Assembly: GCA_027064085.1 (NCBI GenBank)
Contig: JAMOQH010000126.1
Span: 5,040-69,039 of the forward strand
Length of the DNA: 64,000 nucleotides
Direction of reading: 5' to 3'
DNA from: a bacterium
Lineage (GTDB): Bacteria > UBP6 > JAFGXH01
This document shows, one piece after another, positions 1 to 8,732 of the stretch. A program made the translations under genes and the position numbers. Under the pieces are notes generated by a model, which was not told the origin of the DNA, ran no database searches, and worked only from the letters and a program-made list of their open reading frames with translations. Every line of letters starts with the position of its first letter. Position 1 is the stretch's first letter.

Positions 1-1123
1 ATGGAAAGGTGGTTGTAGCAGACATCTCTTTATCTAAATACAATGCCAATAAACCAAAAATCGCAATTATTGAAGAATATAAAAACACATATTTTCCGTA
101 AGTTAATCCTGATAATAATGCACCAACAAGCCCTCCTAATCCATAAGAAATACCTGATAAAAACAGCATAGCAATCTTTCGAGCATCTTTGTAAATATTG
201 TATAAATATAAAATTGTAGCAGAATAATAAAGGGCAAAGCTAATTGCATGAAGTGCTTGAGAAAAAAATGAAACATAGATATTTGAAGGAAATATAAATA
301 ATAAAAACCATCTTAGTACAGTTATTGATATAGAAAATTTTATAATTTTAACTAATCCGATTTTTAAAATAAAATCCTGAAAATATAAGATTATTACTTC
401 ACATATAACAGAAAATGACCATAAATAGCTTACCATATTCATGTTTATTCCGTGTTTTGTTTCGTATATAGTGAAAAAATTATAATATGCTCCAAAACTA
501 ATTTGAATTAAAAATACTGAAAGCCAAAAGCCCTTATGTTTTAATAAAGAGAGAGTTGCAGGAGCAGTTTTTACTTTATTTATTGAATTATCTCCATTAT
601 TATTACTACGATTTTTATCAAAAAGCATAGTTATTGAAATTAATACAAAAATTAAAGTTGCAAAAATATAAACAAGCAGTATCAATTTGTAATCTTCAGA
701 GAAATTAGATGCAATTAAAGATATAAAAATAAAACCTAAAGAGCCATAAAGCCTTGATTTACCATATTTTTCTTTTAAAATGTTCATGGTTATTAGCTCT
801 GTATAAGGATAAATAATAGTCATACCTATACCCGCTAAAAAATTGCTAAGTAAAAGCCAATAATAATGATTAATGGTAATTAGTAATAGTATAGAACTAG
901 CCAAAGAAGTAAATAAAGCAAAGGCAAATACTTTATCCGTTAATTTAAACTTTTTTAAAAAAACAAATGGTATTGAAAATCTAATTAGGGGAATTGTTGC
1001 AAATATGATTCCAATTTGCATAGATGAATATTTGAAATTATCTAATATTTTAGGAAGATAAATCATATATATTCCAATGGTGATATAAAAAAAGAAATAA
1101 AACGATGACAACTTTAAAAACAT
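1..1123 (-). CDS. MFS-type membrane transporter; start codon at 1123-1121, 3' end runs off the left edge of the window
   Basis: Hand translation of the minus strand from ATG (1123) gives MFLKLSSFYFFFYITIGIYMIYLPKILDNF... and continues as a ~370-aa hydrophobic protein with 10-12 predicted TM segments. Upstream in frame hits a stop at 1172-1174 with no earlier ATG. Absent from the ORF track because it is open at the window edge. Confidence 0.5.
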   Translation of the reverse strand, partial: MFLKLSSFYFFFYITIGIYMIYLPKILDNFKYSSMQIGIIFATIPLIRFSIPFVFLKKFKLTDKVFAFALFTSLASSILLLITINHYYWLLLSNFLAGIGMTIIYPYTELITMNILKEKYGKSRLYGSLGFIFISLIASNFSEDYKLILLVYIFATLIFVLISITMLFDKNRSNNNGDNSINKVKTAPATLSLLKHKGFWLSVFLIQISFGAYYNFFTIYETKHGINMNMVSYLWSFSVICEVIILYFQDFILKIGLVKIIKFSISITVLRWFLLFIFPSNIYVSFFSQALHAISFALYYSATILYLYNIYKDARKIAMLFLSGISYGLGGLVGALLSGLTYGKYVFLYSSIIAIFGLLALYLDKEMSATTTFP

Positions 1124-1328
1124 TTTTCTCCCGAAGAGTAAAAGAGAGAGTATATAGATTATTTAAAAAATATCAAATGTTTTTTGGGGATTTTTATTAT
1201 TAGAGTAGTGGTAGTAATTTTGTTTTCTAATAATTACTGAATTAGAACAATTTTACTCTCTCACCAAAGTAAAAAATTAATAATTACTACAAAATGAAAC
1301 CAGCAATCTTAAACTTTGCTTTAAGCAA

Positions 1329-4300
1329 TTAACGAAGTAGGCTCATTAAACCTTGACTTTGTTGATTAGCTTGAGCCAACATAGAAGTAGAAGCCTGAGA
1401 TAAAATCTGAGACTTAGACAACTTAGTTGTTTCTTGTGCAATATTAAGATCTCTGATTCTTGATTCTGCAGCTGTTTGGTTTTCAGATTGAACATCTAAA
1501 TTAGCCATAGTATGTTCAAGCCTATTAACCCATGCACCAATCTTAGCTCTTTCAGATGAAATTTTTTCTATCGCTTTATCAACTTGAGTTATAGCACTTT
1601 TTGCTTCATCAGCATCAGTTACTTGAACTTTGTCAATTTTTAGTGAGTGAGCATCAGATTGCATTATATTAACATTTAGAGTTTGACCTTGGTTTGCACC
1701 AATTTGAAAATCAGTTGAATTATTAACAATTTTCATCGTTTCTATTTTAGAACCATATTCACTTTTAAATACGAAATTTTTAGCTTTTGTATCATAAGAA
1801 GCTTGTAAGTCATAAGATTGGTCAACCTCTATTTCAACACCATCAACAATATTATGTATAATGTTATCACTAACGGTATCTGTTCCTACAACAGTACCAG
1901 ATAAACTATCTTTTACTGTTACATCTAGTTCATTTTCTGTAGCATTTTGAGTTTCAGATAATCCTAATGCAGTTTTTAATTGCTCACTACCTGATACAAA
2001 AATTCTACCATTTGCTCCAGATACTGCAGACCTAATAACGATAGAACCTTGTTGTGATTCTATAGAACCTGCTGTTGATTCTGTTACAAAACTAACAATA
2101 TTTTGGTCTAGTGCACTACTGCCTGTAGAAATGCCAAGTCCTCCATCCTCAACACCACTAGTAATTGCATTTCTTAATTTATCTACAACATCATTTAATG
2201 AATCTCCACCATCAATATAAACATCAGCTTTGTCACCATAAGCATTATATATTGAAAAAGTTTCTCCATTTTCGCCTAAAATAAATTGTCCATCTGCATT
2301 ATAAAATCTATCTATATCCTTAAGTGTTGTTGATGCCTGAACATCTCCTCCACCATTTTCTGTTGCTGTAAATGAAGCAGAACCATCAGTTGGTAAAGTA
2401 CCTGTATCATTTAATGAAAACTTTGCATCAACAGAGCCTAAACTAACATGACCATTTTCTTGATCCATATAAGCAACGCCTAAAGTAGTCATTTTCTCAT
2501 CTAAAGCACCATTATTGTGAGAGGTAACAACACCCATTTGATATTCACCTGATTTTGGGTCAAAAGCATCAATTCTTGTTAAATCCCCCTCTGTATTATG
2601 ATACCTTCTTGTAACAGTTGTATCAGCTGTTGTAATATTTCCGCCCACTTCTGAATGAGTCATAGTAAAATCATCACTTAAAGCAGAAAAATCTAATTGA
2701 TGATTTGTACTATCATAAACAACAGAAACAGCATTAGATAATTTGGTTCCGTCTGAACCAACAACTGAATTGAATTTTGTTATAAAATCTGTTGCAATCT
2801 CAGCTTCTGTTTTAGTTGCTGCATCTAAATCCACATCAAAATTGAATATTTCTCCAGCTACATCAATCTGCATAGAGATATTGCTATCTGCACCACTATC
2901 GGTAATATCAAGACTGTAATTATTGTAAACAATTCCACCTGCACTAGGATCAGCATTAGCATTATCATTCATTGCAATTAGAATTCTATCTCCTGCTTGG
3001 AAATTACCTGGAATACCATCATTAGTGAAAGCATTATTAAAATCCAAAGAATAATAACCATCAGTTGCGGTTTTGTCACTACCACTTCCATCCCAAATAT
3101 CCTCAACATAAGTCCAGCTATTTCCACCATCAAAACTAACCTTTGCATCAAGGCCTGCATCTCCAATACTACCATCTGTTGTAAATTCAACTAAAGCTGT
3201 TGTTCCATGGTGTGAGTTTGAAGAAGTTGTAAATGCTGCATCAGCTGTACTTCCAAGTTTTCCCATTCCAGTTACGAATTGTGCATCCCATATATCATCT
3301 GTATTAGTCATACCAAAAACAGTATCATTAGCTGCATCAACACCATCAACTTGAACTTTATAATCCAATGCTTTGTTTTCATTTATTGCATAAAATTTAA
3401 GCTCTAAACCGTCTGCTTCTGCTCTAATACTTTCATTTAGCCTATTATCTGCATTAAATGAATCTGCAAGAGCAGTAACTCCAGCTGCTGTCACTGCGGC
3501 AACACTACCAGTAAAGGTAATGGTATTATTTGGGTCTCCATCAAGATTAAAATCTAAACTAACTGCTCCAGTATTAGCAATAGTTAAATCTAAATCTAAT
3601 TTTGCTTCAGTAAAACCTGTTGAACCAGCTTTTAAACTACTTCCCATAATATGATAAATATCATCTTGATATGTTGTTGTAACATCCTGACCGCTAACCG
3701 TTTCAAGTCTATCGAGTATCATAGACCCATCACCTTTCTCATCAACAATTAAGTTATAGTTTGAATCTGAAGTTGGGGATGTTGTAAGATTATTAAGATT
3801 AGTAAACTCTGCAACTCCTGATTTAGAAGTACGATGTTGTACATCAAAAGTACCTTTTTGGTCAGCATTAAGATTTGTAATATTACCAGTGTTACCACCA
3901 GTTGCAGTTTCATCAATTTCTAATGTAAAATCTTTTGATGAATCTTTCATTGTAAAAATTGCTGTTTCTCCACTAATTGTTAAAGTCATTTTACTAGATA
4001 AACCTGCATCGGCACCAGCCCCACCTGCTGCTAAAAAAGCAGTTTGTAAATTACTCATTGAAGTGGTTAAGTCATCCTCATCAGCAACAGAATTAACTAG
4101 ATAATTTACTCCATCAACTTTAAAATCTAAATTAAGAGTTGTTGTATCTCCATTACCACCTGCTCCTAAATTTAAGCTTAATTTATGTTCAGCTGCAGAA
4201 GCATTTAAATCTTTACTTTCTACAGATTGAACACCATCTTTAACTCTAAAAATAGAAGATGCTTGAACTTGGTTTGTTCCTGCTTTGGCATTAATTTCTA

Positions 4301-4814
4301 GTTGGTATTCTCCATCAGAAACCTTACCGTCAGTAAAAACTGCACTCATTTTAGATGTAGAAAAAGATGCAAATCCTGTTGCGTCACCTGTTAATAATTT
4401 TTTGGTATTAAATTCTGTTCTTGTTGAAATACCATCAACTTCATCCTTTAAAGCATCAACTTCTTTTTGAACTTCTATTCTATCATTAGAAGTAAGTGTA
4501 CCATTAGAAGCTTGAACAGCTAATTCTCTCATTCTTTGAAGAATTGAATGTGTTTCGTTTAATGCACCTTCAGCTGTTTGAAGCATTGAAATACCATTCT
4601 GAGCATTTTCATTAGCTTTATTAAGACCTCTTATTTGAGTTCTCATTTTTTCACTAATTGCTAAACCTGAAGCATCATCACTAGCTTGATTAATTCTTAA
4701 ACCAGTTGATAATCTTTTAATTGAAGATGTTTGTGCTTTTGTTGCACCTTGTAAATTTGTTTTAGCAGTTAAAGCTGCCATATTGTTTAAAACTGATAAC
4801 ATAATTTCCTCCAT
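1329..4814 (-). CDS. Giant flagellin paralogue 1 (1161 aa): canonical flagellin N-terminal D0/D1 and C-terminal D1/D0 flanking a ~800-aa central insert
   Basis: N-terminus has LSTGLRINQASDDASGLAISEKMRTQIRGL...ILQRMRELAVQA...TEFNTKKLLTG. C-terminus has IGAWVNRLEHTMANL...ESRIRDLNIAQETTKLSKSQILSQASTSMLAQANQQSQGLMSLLR. GGAGG Shine-Dalgarno 7 nt before the ATG. Confidence 0.85.
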   Translation of the reverse strand: MEEIMLSVLNNMAALTAKTNLQGATKAQTSSIKRLSTGLRINQASDDASGLAISEKMRTQIRGLNKANENAQNGISMLQTAEGALNETHSILQRMRELAVQASNGTLTSNDRIEVQKEVDALKDEVDGISTRTEFNTKKLLTGDATGFASFSTSKMSAVFTDGKVSDGEYQLEINAKAGTNQVQASSIFRVKDGVQSVESKDLNASAAEHKLSLNLGAGGNGDTTTLNLDFKVDGVNYLVNSVADEDDLTTSMSNLQTAFLAAGGAGADAGLSSKMTLTISGETAIFTMKDSSKDFTLEIDETATGGNTGNITNLNADQKGTFDVQHRTSKSGVAEFTNLNNLTTSPTSDSNYNLIVDEKGDGSMILDRLETVSGQDVTTTYQDDIYHIMGSSLKAGSTGFTEAKLDLDLTIANTGAVSLDFNLDGDPNNTITFTGSVAAVTAAGVTALADSFNADNRLNESIRAEADGLELKFYAINENKALDYKVQVDGVDAANDTVFGMTNTDDIWDAQFVTGMGKLGSTADAAFTTSSNSHHGTTALVEFTTDGSIGDAGLDAKVSFDGGNSWTYVEDIWDGSGSDKTATDGYYSLDFNNAFTNDGIPGNFQAGDRILIAMNDNANADPSAGGIVYNNYSLDITDSGADSNISMQIDVAGEIFNFDVDLDAATKTEAEIATDFITKFNSVVGSDGTKLSNAVSVVYDSTNHQLDFSALSDDFTMTHSEVGGNITTADTTVTRRYHNTEGDLTRIDAFDPKSGEYQMGVVTSHNNGALDEKMTTLGVAYMDQENGHVSLGSVDAKFSLNDTGTLPTDGSASFTATENGGGDVQASTTLKDIDRFYNADGQFILGENGETFSIYNAYGDKADVYIDGGDSLNDVVDKLRNAITSGVEDGGLGISTGSSALDQNIVSFVTESTAGSIESQQGSIVIRSAVSGANGRIFVSGSEQLKTALGLSETQNATENELDVTVKDSLSGTVVGTDTVSDNIIHNIVDGVEIEVDQSYDLQASYDTKAKNFVFKSEYGSKIETMKIVNNSTDFQIGANQGQTLNVNIMQSDAHSLKIDKVQVTDADEAKSAITQVDKAIEKISSERAKIGAWVNRLEHTMANLDVQSENQTAAESRIRDLNIAQETTKLSKSQILSQASTSMLAQANQQSQGLMSLLR

Positions 4815-4997
4815 GAAATCATTATTAATAAAATAGCCAAATCCTTTTGACTCTGCTTATTGTAATTAAAATCTAGTTTTTAGATTCTCATTACACATAA
4901 TAAACTAAATAGTTTCATAAGTTCTCCTAAATTAATAATTAATAAAATTAAATATACTCTTGTTTCCTCCTTATATCACTTCTTATAATTTTTTATT

Positions 4998-7900
4998 TTA
5001 TCTCAATAAAGCCATAAGTCCTTGTGCTTGTTGGTTAGCTTGAGCAAGCATAGAAGTTGATGATTGAGCCAATATTTGAGACTTAGATAATTTAGTTGTC
5101 TCTTGTGCAATATTTAAATCTCTAATTCTTGATTCTGCTGCTGTTTGATTTTCTTCTTGTGCTCCAAGGTTATTGATTGTATGTTCTAATCTATTAACCC
5201 AGGCACCTATTTTTGCTCTAGCTGAAGAAACTTTAATAATGGCATTATCAACTTGAGTAATTGCTTCTTTTGCTTCATCTTGATCTGTAACTTGTACTCT
5301 ATCTACTTTAAGAGCATGAGCATCAGCTTGCATAATATTTGTATTTAGTGTTTGGCCTTGATTGGCACCAATTTGAAAGTCTGTTGAATTATCAACAACT
5401 CTCATTGTTTCTATATGTCTTCCTAAGTCACTTTCAAATACGAAAGATTTACTAGATTCATCAAAAGTTGCTTTAATATCATAATTTTGGTCTATTTCAA
5501 TATCAACACCTTTAACTATATTGTGCAGTATGTTATCACTTGTAACATCTCTTCCTACAAATTCACCGGTTAATGCATCATTAACAGTAATTTCTAATTC
5601 GTTTTCTTCTGCTTTATCTACATTAGAAATTCCTAGAGCTGTTTTTAATGCTTCACTTCCAGAAATAAATAATCTACCATTTGCTCCACTTTTAGGAGAA
5701 CGAATAACAATTGAGCCTTGTTGAGATTCTGTAGAATTTGGAATAGATTCTTTAACAAAACTAACTATATTTTCATCTAATTCAGAATTGCCGGTACTCA
5801 TTCCTAGTCCACCATCTACAACATCATTTGTAATTACATCTTTTAATTTATTTACTACATCTCTTAATGAATCACCTCCATCAATATAAACATCAGACTT
5901 ATCTCCATAAGCGTTGTATATAGAAAATGTTTCTCCATTTTGTCCAAGTATAAATTGTCCATCTGCATTATAAAATCTATCAATATCTCTTAGTTTTGTA
6001 GCTGCCTGGACATCTCCTCCGCCATTTTTATTAGCAGTAAAGCTAACTGTACCATCTGTTGGCAAAGTACCTGTTTCAGCTAAAGAAAATTTAGCATCAA
6101 CAGAACCTAAACTTGCTTGTCCACTAGTTTCATCAAAATAAGATACTTTTAAAGTTGTATTACTGTCATCAAGACTATTATTAGGATGGCTTGTTACTAC
6201 TCCCATTTCAAATTGTCCTGTTGTTGGATCAAATGCATCAACTCTTGTTAAATCACCATCTGTAGCTTGAAATCTTTTTGTAACAGAGCCATCTGCTGTT
6301 GTTATATTTCCACCTGTTTCAGAATGTGTCATAGTAAAATCGTCTTTTAAGGCAGTAAAGTTCATTTTATGTGTTCCTGAATCATAAGAAATACTCATAA
6401 CATCAGATAATTTTGTTCCATTACTACCAATTTGTGAATTAAAGTTAGAAATTAAATCACTTGCCATTTGGGCTTCTGTTTTGCTTGCTCCTTCTAGGTT
6501 TGTATTAAAATTGAATACTTCTCCTGCTACATCAATTTTTAATGATAAATTACTATCTGTAGCACTATCTGTAATATCTAAGCTTGTAGTATTATATGTT
6601 GTTGTATCTGGTATAGTATTTGCATTATCATTCATTGCTATCATAACTCTATCACCTGCTTTAAAACTACCAAGTAGCCCGTCATTTGTAAAGGCATTAT
6701 TGAAATCTAATGAATAATAACCATCTGTTGCTGTCTTATCTGTACCACTTCCATCCCAAATATTTTCTACATAAGTCCAACTACTTCCACCATCAAAGCT
6801 TACTTTTGCATCAAGTCCAGCACTACCAATGCTTCCATCTGTTGCAAATTCAATCAATGCACTAGTTCCACTATGGGAATTTGAATTTGCAGTAAATGCG
6901 GTATCCGCTGTAGCTCCCAATTTTCCTAAACCTGTTACAAATTGTGCATCATCAACTTCTCCTGCTGCAATTTGAGTAAAAAGAGCTGCATTTGCTCCAT
7001 CATCTCCAACCATTTGCATTTTATAATCAAGAGCTTTGTGTTGATCAAGAGCATAAAATTTAACTTCTCCTGTCGTTGTACTAGCCTCTGCTTTAATAAA
7101 CTGATTTAATCTATTATCTGCATTTATTGCATTTGCTAAAGTTACTGCATCAGTATTAGCATCAGCACCACCAAGAGCAACCTGAAAGTTAACTATATTA
7201 CTAGGGTTGCCATCTAAACTAAAGTTAATTTCAGCATTTCCAGCTCCACCAGCACCAGATAATGTCATAGGATAATCTAAATAAGCTTCTCTTAAACCTG
7301 TTGATCCTGCTTGTAGAGTAGTACCAATAATGTGATATATATCATCATCATAAGTTACACCACCATTTGCATCTTGGCCACTTACTGTTTCTAGGTTATC
7401 TAAAACCATACTTCCGTCACCCTTTTCATCAACTACAACTTTATAAGAGGCATCACTAGTAGGGCTATCAATTAAATTGTTTAAATTGGTAAATTCAGAT
7501 ATACCGTTTGCAGAACTTCTGTGAGTAACATTAAATAAGCCTTCTTCTCCAACAGCAAGGTTGTTACCCGCACCTGTTTCGTCAACTTTAAAAGTAAAGT
7601 CAACATTAGCATCTTTTGCTGTAAAAAGAACAGTATTGCCGTTAATAGTTAAATTCATTTTACTTGATAAACCTGCATCGGCTCCAGCTCCACCTGCTGC
7701 AAAAAATGCTGTTTGTAAATTACTTTGAGTTGTTGCTAAGTCAGTACCATCTATATTAGATGTAAAGCCATAGTCAACTCCATCTATTTTTATATTATAA
7801 TTACCTGTTGTAGTATTTGCTCCGTCAAGAGTAAAACTCATTTTATGTCGAGCTGGAGATGCGTTTAAGTCCTGAGATTCAACAGATTGAACTCCATCTT

Positions 7901-8474
7901 TAACTCTAAACATTGAAGTAGTTTGAACTTCTCCCTTTCCTGCAATAGCATTAACCTCTAATTGATATTCACCGTCTTTAACATGAGGTCCATAAAAATT
8001 AGCTTTCATTTGGCTTGTAGAAAAAGATGCAAATCCTGTTGCATCACCGGTTAGTAATTTTTTTGTATTAAATTCCGTTCTAGTTGAAATACCATCAATT
8101 TCATCTTTTAAAGCATCAACTTCTTTCTGAACTTCTATTCTATCATTTGAAGTAAGAGTACCATTAGAAGCTTGCACTGCCAATTCTCTCATTCTTTGTA
8201 ATATTGATTGAGTTTCGTTTAATGCACCTTCAGCGGTTTGAAGCATTGATATACCATTCTGAGAGTTTTCACTAGCTTTTTTAAGCCCTCTTATTTGAGT
8301 TCTCATTTTTTCACTAATTGCTAAACCACTAGCATCATCACTAGCATGGTTAATCCTCAGCCCTGTTGAAAGTCTTTGTATTGATTTGGTTTGTGCATTC
8401 GTTGCACCTTGTAAATTTGTTCTAGCCGTTAATGCAGCTAGATTTGTGTTGAATGATAACATAATTTCCTCCAT
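4998..8474 (-). CDS. Giant flagellin paralogue 2 (1158 aa), tandem to paralogue 1
   Basis: Same conserved N/C flagellin domains. The 20-nt leader and start (atttcatggaggaaattatg) are identical to paralogue 1. The terminal ~500 nt at each gene end are ~85-90% identical to paralogue 1 by eye, while the central region is diverged. Confidence 0.85.
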   Translation of the reverse strand: MEEIMLSFNTNLAALTARTNLQGATNAQTKSIQRLSTGLRINHASDDASGLAISEKMRTQIRGLKKASENSQNGISMLQTAEGALNETQSILQRMRELAVQASNGTLTSNDRIEVQKEVDALKDEIDGISTRTEFNTKKLLTGDATGFASFSTSQMKANFYGPHVKDGEYQLEVNAIAGKGEVQTTSMFRVKDGVQSVESQDLNASPARHKMSFTLDGANTTTGNYNIKIDGVDYGFTSNIDGTDLATTQSNLQTAFFAAGGAGADAGLSSKMNLTINGNTVLFTAKDANVDFTFKVDETGAGNNLAVGEEGLFNVTHRSSANGISEFTNLNNLIDSPTSDASYKVVVDEKGDGSMVLDNLETVSGQDANGGVTYDDDIYHIIGTTLQAGSTGLREAYLDYPMTLSGAGGAGNAEINFSLDGNPSNIVNFQVALGGADANTDAVTLANAINADNRLNQFIKAEASTTTGEVKFYALDQHKALDYKMQMVGDDGANAALFTQIAAGEVDDAQFVTGLGKLGATADTAFTANSNSHSGTSALIEFATDGSIGSAGLDAKVSFDGGSSWTYVENIWDGSGTDKTATDGYYSLDFNNAFTNDGLLGSFKAGDRVMIAMNDNANTIPDTTTYNTTSLDITDSATDSNLSLKIDVAGEVFNFNTNLEGASKTEAQMASDLISNFNSQIGSNGTKLSDVMSISYDSGTHKMNFTALKDDFTMTHSETGGNITTADGSVTKRFQATDGDLTRVDAFDPTTGQFEMGVVTSHPNNSLDDSNTTLKVSYFDETSGQASLGSVDAKFSLAETGTLPTDGTVSFTANKNGGGDVQAATKLRDIDRFYNADGQFILGQNGETFSIYNAYGDKSDVYIDGGDSLRDVVNKLKDVITNDVVDGGLGMSTGNSELDENIVSFVKESIPNSTESQQGSIVIRSPKSGANGRLFISGSEALKTALGISNVDKAEENELEITVNDALTGEFVGRDVTSDNILHNIVKGVDIEIDQNYDIKATFDESSKSFVFESDLGRHIETMRVVDNSTDFQIGANQGQTLNTNIMQADAHALKVDRVQVTDQDEAKEAITQVDNAIIKVSSARAKIGAWVNRLEHTINNLGAQEENQTAAESRIRDLNIAQETTKLSKSQILAQSSTSMLAQANQQAQGLMALLR

Positions 8475-8532
8475 GAAATATTTGTGAAACCGAGTCCGTT
8501 CGGTTTAGGAGAATCCTTTCTCCATATTTTGC

Positions 8533-8559
8533 TTATCGACCATTGTTTTTAAAACTAAA
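8533..8559 (-). promoter_or_regulatory. Sigma28 (FliA)-type promoter for flagellin paralogue 2
   Basis: The minus strand reads TTTAGTTT-N11-GTCGATAA, versus the consensus TAAAGTTT-N11-GCCGATAA (6/8 and 7/8 matches, correct spacing). It lies ~60 nt upstream of the ATG at 8474. Confidence 0.5.
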
Positions 8560-8592
8560 ATATTTTTTTTATTTTTTTTATTTTTTTATTTT

Positions 8593-8629
8593 TTGTGTAG
8601 AGACAAGGCAATGCCTTGTCTCTACACAA
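8593..8629. promoter_or_regulatory. Perfect 37-bp palindrome (18+1+18): ttgtgtagagacaaggca-a-tgccttgtctctacacaa
   Basis: Arms 8593-8610 and 8612-8629 are exact reverse complements. It sits in the divergent flagellin-2/flgI intergenic region just beyond a run of phased T8/T8/T7/T6 tracts. Confidence 0.6.
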
Positions 8630-8644
8630 TTTTAATATAATAAT

Positions 8645-8660
8645 AGGAAAATAGATTGCA
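8645..8660 (+). promoter_or_regulatory. Candidate sigma54 (-24/-12) promoter for flgI-flgJ
   Basis: aGGaaa-ataga-TTGCAt: GG(8646-8647)-N10-GC(8658-8659) with a TTGCA -12 element. It resembles the AT-rich TGGAAC-N5-TTGCTT variant. A 12-bp palindrome ctatccggatag (8662-8673) follows at the predicted start site. Confidence 0.3.
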
Positions 8661-8732
8661 TCTATCCGGATAGTATTACTAAATTTATATGTAATACCTT
8701 ATTTATGTAAACATTTTTTTGACGAGGTCAAT

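Noticed and set aside
873-1061. Plus-strand 62-aa ORF
   Set aside because: Embedded antisense in the minus-strand MFS transporter gene, which translates cleanly as a polytopic membrane protein.
2978-3194. Small ORFs (61-78 aa) on both strands inside the giant flagellin genes: 2978-3190, 2997-3194, 3889-4104, 4285-4470, 5521-5724, 6481-6717, 34163-34348, 35212-35421
   Set aside because: They are entirely embedded in long, well-supported flagellin ORFs, have odd composition, no ribosome-binding sites and no homology signal. They are alternative-frame artefacts.
1329-8474. Possibility that the giant flagellins are flagellinolysin-type metalloprotease flagellins
   Set aside because: I scanned all three proteins by eye for HExxH and found none. 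A VQHEV in paralogue 3 is part of the conserved D1 helix and lacks the second His.
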